NCBI GenBank assembly: GCA_947488435.1
Contig: CANKZG010000001.1
Coordinates: forward strand, 734,308 to 798,307
DNA length: 64,000 nucleotides
From: an uncultured Flavobacteriaceae bacterium
GTDB taxonomy: Bacteria > Bacteroidota > Bacteroidia > Flavobacteriales > Flavobacteriaceae
Direction: 5' to 3'
Position 1 is the first letter of the stretch; every line of letters begins with the position of its first letter. A program made the translations under genes and the position numbers. The notes under the pieces are model-generated. The model worked only from the letters and a program-made list of their open reading frames with translations. It had not been told where the DNA came from and ran no database searches. Below are positions 59,707 to 64,000 of the stretch, in pieces.

Positions 59707-60584
59707 AATACTTTTCTTTTTTCAAAATCTGTAATAAAACGAATCAGTTGATACAATGCAGGAGAAACCCAATACCAAAAAAACAGAAATAGTCCTCCGT
59801 TGAATAGCATCCCAAAGAAAAGCCCTATACTAGATTCTGAGTACATACGTATATAAGCCGGAAGTAAGAAGAGCATTCCCAAGACAACAAAAAATAACAC
59901 CCTGTTTCTTGAGGAAGCGAATACTTTTGAGAGCCAGGAATACCGAATAGTTAACACCTCCGAATCTAATGCCGTTTTTACCCAAGGTCCGTGAAATTGC
60001 AACCAAGCCGCAATAAACAAACAAGCCGTAAAATGAAGTCGGGCAAGAAAAACAGCAAAAAAGTTATGAAAAACACGCCAGGCACTGGCAAAGGTTTGAA
60101 AAGGGTATGAAATGTACAAAATAGCCTCAAAAAAAAGAAACAACCCCAAACACATGAATTGCAGTTTCAACCGATCATGAGCTACATTATAACTGGAAAT
60201 AATGTTTAATTTGCTCAGGCAATACAATACGCCGTATACTCCAGCGAAATAGGACAAGGTATGCAGACCAAAGTATGAGAGTGGATACTTAATATTGGCA
60301 AATGGCGAAAGTATTTCTGAACCTGACCAATATACGTTGTTCACTAAAATATTGTATTCTACAATTGTTGAGGAAACGCTTAGGCAAAGTGCTGAAAAGA
60401 GGAACTTACTAAAGATAAAACACAAAATGCTAGTGCCAACACCAATACTAAGGACAACCAGGGTACCCCAGCCATCTTCCCGCATTACTTTTGTATTGAG
60501 CCAATTTTTCGGAGGAATATAAAATAGGGTGCATAAAATAAGTGCTACCACTACAAGTAAAATATATACTACGGCTGCAGGCAT
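59703..60584 (-). CDS. polytopic membrane protein, hypothetical
   Basis: 293 aa, ~8 TM helices, 4-nt overlap with PBP-like gene. Confidence 0.4.
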   Translation of the reverse strand: MPAAVVYILLVVVALILCTLFYIPPKNWLNTKVMREDGWGTLVVLSIGVGTSILCFIFSKFLFSALCLSVSSTIVEYNILVNNVYWSGSEILSPFANIKYPLSYFGLHTLSYFAGVYGVLYCLSKLNIISSYNVAHDRLKLQFMCLGLFLFFEAILYISYPFQTFASAWRVFHNFFAVFLARLHFTACLFIAAWLQFHGPWVKTALDSEVLTIRYSWLSKVFASSRNRVLFFVVLGMLFLLPAYIRMYSESSIGLFFGMLFNGGLFLFFWYWVSPALYQLIRFITDFEKRKVL

Positions 60585-60586
60585 AA

Positions 60587-61318
60587 TTATAGGGTTGACA
60601 TTCCATCTGCAAAGCTCACATTCAATCCTAAATTCTCTTCTAAGGCATATCGCCAGAAGGCACGTGCTTTATGCACTACACCGGAGTTTTTAGGCTCTGA
60701 AAGCACTACAAAAAGCACCTCTGTTTTTGAATTTGGATTAATTTTATCCGGTAAATAATAACCCATCATTTTTTGATAGACATGCTCCATCTGTTCCGGA
60801 GTAGCCGGTGCTTCCTTATAAAAATTAACCACAGGATTATTCTCTATAAGATCACTAACTACAACCACCGTTCCTTTCGATTTGTTAATGGCCTTCATAA
60901 GGGTAGGAAACAACGAAGTACGCTCCATATCTGAAATAGAGTCTAAACTGAGTAGGTTTTCTTCGTGTGCCTCATAAAAATCACGCCATCCCAAAATCAG
61001 GGTATTTTTTGCCTTACCCCAATCGGTTTGAGTTAGTTCCGTAGAAACGGGATTGTAGTGGCTGTATGTGGATATAATTCCAAAATCATAGTTTACAGAA
61101 AAACAACTGCCGTCGTCTTTAAGATCTAATTTGGAATTCAGTAATTCTTTAAAGTTTTCCTTTCGCAACTCGTACTGCGCTTTATCGATCAAAACCGAAT
61201 CTGTAGCATCCACAAGAATGGTTATATTTCTATTAGTTACCGTTTTGCATTCGGTATCACAACCAATGGCAAGCGTTAGTAATCCTATTAAAAATCCGCA
61301 AATGATTAATTTTTTCAT
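60587..61318 (-). CDS. hypothetical lipoprotein
   Basis: 243 aa, lipobox LAIGC. Confidence 0.4.
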   Translation of the reverse strand: MKKLIICGFLIGLLTLAIGCDTECKTVTNRNITILVDATDSVLIDKAQYELRKENFKELLNSKLDLKDDGSCFSVNYDFGIISTYSHYNPVSTELTQTDWGKAKNTLILGWRDFYEAHEENLLSLDSISDMERTSLFPTLMKAINKSKGTVVVVSDLIENNPVVNFYKEAPATPEQMEHVYQKMMGYYLPDKINPNSKTEVLFVVLSEPKNSGVVHKARAFWRYALEENLGLNVSFADGMSTL

Positions 61319-61383
61319 GAGTTACTATTTATTGTTTTTCACAGTATCCGCTAGCACTATCTCCTGCCGATACTATTCGTATA

Positions 61384-62592
61384 TTATAAATGTGCAAAAT
61401 CAAAACCTTTCCAAAATATAGGTGTTCCTTCGTTTCTATAGTTTTCGAAATGCTCTCGATATTTATCGATTTCTTCTTTTGAGCCAATTTCTAAATCATC
61501 GAGTTCCTTTTCACAATCGCCTATTTTGTTGGATATTTCCGTAGTTTTTCCTTCAAGGATTGCGACATCACCTAAGATTCTTTGAAATTCTTTTTTTCCA
61601 TCCGATTTAGAGGCTGCCAAGCGATCTTCTAATTTTCGTAATTTCATATAGGCCCCTTTCAATTCCGAAAATTTAAAATCCAAATCCAACTGTTGCGGAG
61701 ATTTCTCTAAAATTTGCTGCGGTTCAGCAGGTTTTTTCACCACTTTCTTTTTTCCTTTATACTGATACATGCTTTTAACGGCATTCGTTAAAAACAGGGC
61801 AAGCGTTACTAGTAATACTGCACCTAGAATCAGAAATCCATTACGGATAAAAAAGTCGGAAAAAGTTAGTGTTTCTTCCAATGCTTTTGAAGCAATAAAC
61901 CATTCCATGACGGTAAATGTCAAAATCGCATATACTCCAATAATTAGTAATGCGGGAAGCCAAACCCAACGCAAAGAAATTCGCTTAGAGGTTAAAAAAC
62001 TGGCTGCAAATACAATGGGAATAAAAAATACACTCCGCAAGATGATCATTGGTAAATCATGTGTTTCGGTAAGAATGTTATAAAACAACACACCTTCTCC
62101 CAAAATAAAAAGGACTTCCACAAAATACAACGCCCACAGGGGTACTCGTTTTTGTACTTTCTTTTCAGTTTTCTCGGAAGGGCTTAGGCTACGGGGCTCA
62201 AAATCTTCCATAGCCGTAATCTCATCCACTGGAATTTCACTACTTAAATGATCCCCATTTAACCTACAAATCCGGATGTGATTTTTAACCGCTTCCTTTT
62301 GTTTAGCAATGTCTTCTTTTAGTGCACTAATTTCTTCTTCGATATGTGCGCTGTACGACGTATTTCTATCTGCCACTTCTTTTGACAATTTTCCTTTAAT
62401 CACCTCCATTTTCCGACTGTGATCCGCCAATGCTGCCGATAATGCCCCCATTTTCTCATTGAGGTTATACTTTTTAGATTTGTACCCGTTTAGAATCTTT
62501 TTTTCATCCAAAATATAATCTCCTTCGGGAAGTATGCCAAGGTTCACAGCGCGATAGGCCATATTTTTTAATTGCTGATTTGAAAATATCAT
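61384..62592 (-). CDS. hypothetical membrane protein with coiled-coil segments
   Basis: 402 aa; central TM helices flanked by charged helical regions. Confidence 0.4.
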   Translation of the reverse strand: MIFSNQQLKNMAYRAVNLGILPEGDYILDEKKILNGYKSKKYNLNEKMGALSAALADHSRKMEVIKGKLSKEVADRNTSYSAHIEEEISALKEDIAKQKEAVKNHIRICRLNGDHLSSEIPVDEITAMEDFEPRSLSPSEKTEKKVQKRVPLWALYFVEVLFILGEGVLFYNILTETHDLPMIILRSVFFIPIVFAASFLTSKRISLRWVWLPALLIIGVYAILTFTVMEWFIASKALEETLTFSDFFIRNGFLILGAVLLVTLALFLTNAVKSMYQYKGKKKVVKKPAEPQQILEKSPQQLDLDFKFSELKGAYMKLRKLEDRLAASKSDGKKEFQRILGDVAILEGKTTEISNKIGDCEKELDDLEIGSKEEIDKYREHFENYRNEGTPIFWKGFDFAHL

Positions 62593-63158
62593 ACGTATTA
62601 ATTTTAGGCGTTTTCCAAATGAAGCATAAGGTATAATTCCGTTTCCAGGGAAATTTGATGCTCCTCGGTTTCGCTAGCATAGATTTCGGATGTTTGCTGG
62701 TTTTGAGGAGTTTCAATTTTCGAAAACACTGTATTCATTTTTTTTTGATCGTACACAATCATTGGTTTTCCCCATATTGATTGTCCTTTTTTAAAAAAGT
62801 TCTTTCCCAATTTCATTTTCGAATACTATTTGTGGTACAGTTTGTATTAGGTTTATCCGTGCCGATATATTTTCGGGACATTACTTTTTTATCTTTTTTT
62901 AAGAACTGGCTTTTTTAAGATCCGAAGTTGTGGGGATAATACTTGCTTATTTATGCACTTGAGATGTGCAATTTATGCAACACTAGTGCATTGAGGTCGT
63001 GCGATAAAGTAGGATGATTATATAATCACTTTTTAATCAGGGACAGCAATTGACATTACCGGAAAATTCATGCTGAAAACCCTTGAAAGAAATCTGACGG
63101 GGTAAAGAATATTATTTAATACAGGAAATAAATTTTCGTTTTAAACCTGCCCGCTATT

Positions 63159-63989
63159 TTATTCCTGAGATTGAAGCGCCTTATAAACGCCTTCAATATT
63201 CATTTCTCGCCAAGCATCATATTGTCCCATTGCCTTATAAGGTTTCAATAAAATGGTCTTTTTCATTTCTGCCAGAGAGCTTCCTTTTGCTTTGGCCTCT
63301 TTAACAGCTGCATAAAGTGTTTCAATATAATTTCGATGTTCTACAACATCTGCCATAGTGCCTATATCCCCATGTCCAGGAACAAAAATTTCGAAATCTA
63401 CGTTTTCTACTTTCTTAATAGATTTTATCCAATCTGGAAAATAGGAATTGTTTAAGGTTCTATAAGGAAGTCTTTTTGTGCTAATAAAATCCACAGCAAA
63501 AACGGTCTTTTCTTTAGGGAAATATATAGCAATACAATTGTCAGAGTGACTTCTTCCAGGATAAATCAGTTCTACCGATTTACCTCCTAGAATTATACTT
63601 TTTGTCGTTTCAAAGGTCTCGTCTGGAACTGGAGCCATTATTTTTTCTTCCAATATTGCTTTTTTGGTCAGCGAATGCCCTACGAATATTGCTTCATCAA
63701 ACACTTTTCCTCCACTGATATGGTCGTCATGGTGATGACTATAAATCACATATTTCACCGCCTTGTTAAAACGTTTTTTTATTTCATCTTTCAACCATTG
63801 TGCGGCGGCTTCATTAATTGGATCTGTAGCGATTACCCCTTCTTCAGTTACTAAAAACACCGAATAATGAGCATTGTTTTGAAAGCGGTAAAGGTCTCCC
63901 GTAATGTTGGTGATAGCTCTTGTAGGGGGTTGCGCAAAACTAATTTGATATACAAAGACGATACATAAAGTGAAGATTAGACGTTTCAT
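63159..63989 (-). CDS. secreted MBL-fold metallo-hydrolase (beta-lactamase-like)
   Basis: 276 aa; signal peptide; HxHxDH motif (HHHDDH). Confidence 0.75.
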   Translation of the reverse strand: MKRLIFTLCIVFVYQISFAQPPTRAITNITGDLYRFQNNAHYSVFLVTEEGVIATDPINEAAAQWLKDEIKKRFNKAVKYVIYSHHHDDHISGGKVFDEAIFVGHSLTKKAILEEKIMAPVPDETFETTKSIILGGKSVELIYPGRSHSDNCIAIYFPKEKTVFAVDFISTKRLPYRTLNNSYFPDWIKSIKKVENVDFEIFVPGHGDIGTMADVVEHRNYIETLYAAVKEAKAKGSSLAEMKKTILLKPYKAMGQYDAWREMNIEGVYKALQSQE

Positions 63990-64000
63990 AGTTCACAGAT

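Overview
AT-rich Bacteroidetes (Flavobacteriia-like) chromosomal segment; all calls are from reading the sequence and ORF track by eye, with no database search. First third: housekeeping genes (partial accC, accB, a hemN split by a frameshift in a G7 run, UspA, aqpZ) and a complete cbb3-type cytochrome oxidase cluster on the minus strand (ccoI-ccoS-ccoNO-ccoQ-ccoP-ccoG-fixH-TauE-like). A divergent Crp/Fnr regulator and a TGAT-N4-ATCA palindrome sit in the shared promoter region. A ridA / PLP-enzyme / dipeptidase operon follows. The middle (~19.4-31.1 kb) is the standout: an apparent RNA-repair / translation-rescue island. It consists of three modules. (i) A WYL-type regulator plus HD-phosphohydrolase operon, divergent from two PF10127-like nucleotidyltransferases, an RtcB RNA ligase and a translationally coupled unknown protein. 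(ii) A second RtcB paralog followed by release-factor-H (PrfH) and a TPR-like protein with a poly-lysine tail. (iii) A tightly packed array of about 16 tRNA genes with many non-canonical members: type-I tRNAs carrying Leu anticodons, Asp/Glu tRNAs with U37, tRNA-like elements interrupted by 60-130 nt insertions, and tRNA fragments. The modules are tied together by two duplicated regulatory cassettes (homologous terminator, conserved TGATWATCA inverted repeat, Bacteroidetes-type promoter, 170-200 nt leader ending in a terminator-like hairpin) and by three copies of a CTACGCA-N7-TGCGTAG palindrome. Last third: SPFH protein, LytTR two-component system with a beta-propeller sensor kinase, VIT/vWA protein, a T9SS-sorted protein, and a 3490-aa SpvB/FG-GAP/RHS polymorphic toxin with an unrecognised C-terminal domain and a candidate immunity gene. 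Also a class III nucleotidyl cyclase, a PBP-like gene in a membrane-protein operon, and a secreted MBL-fold hydrolase. No integrase, transposase or CRISPR array was seen.
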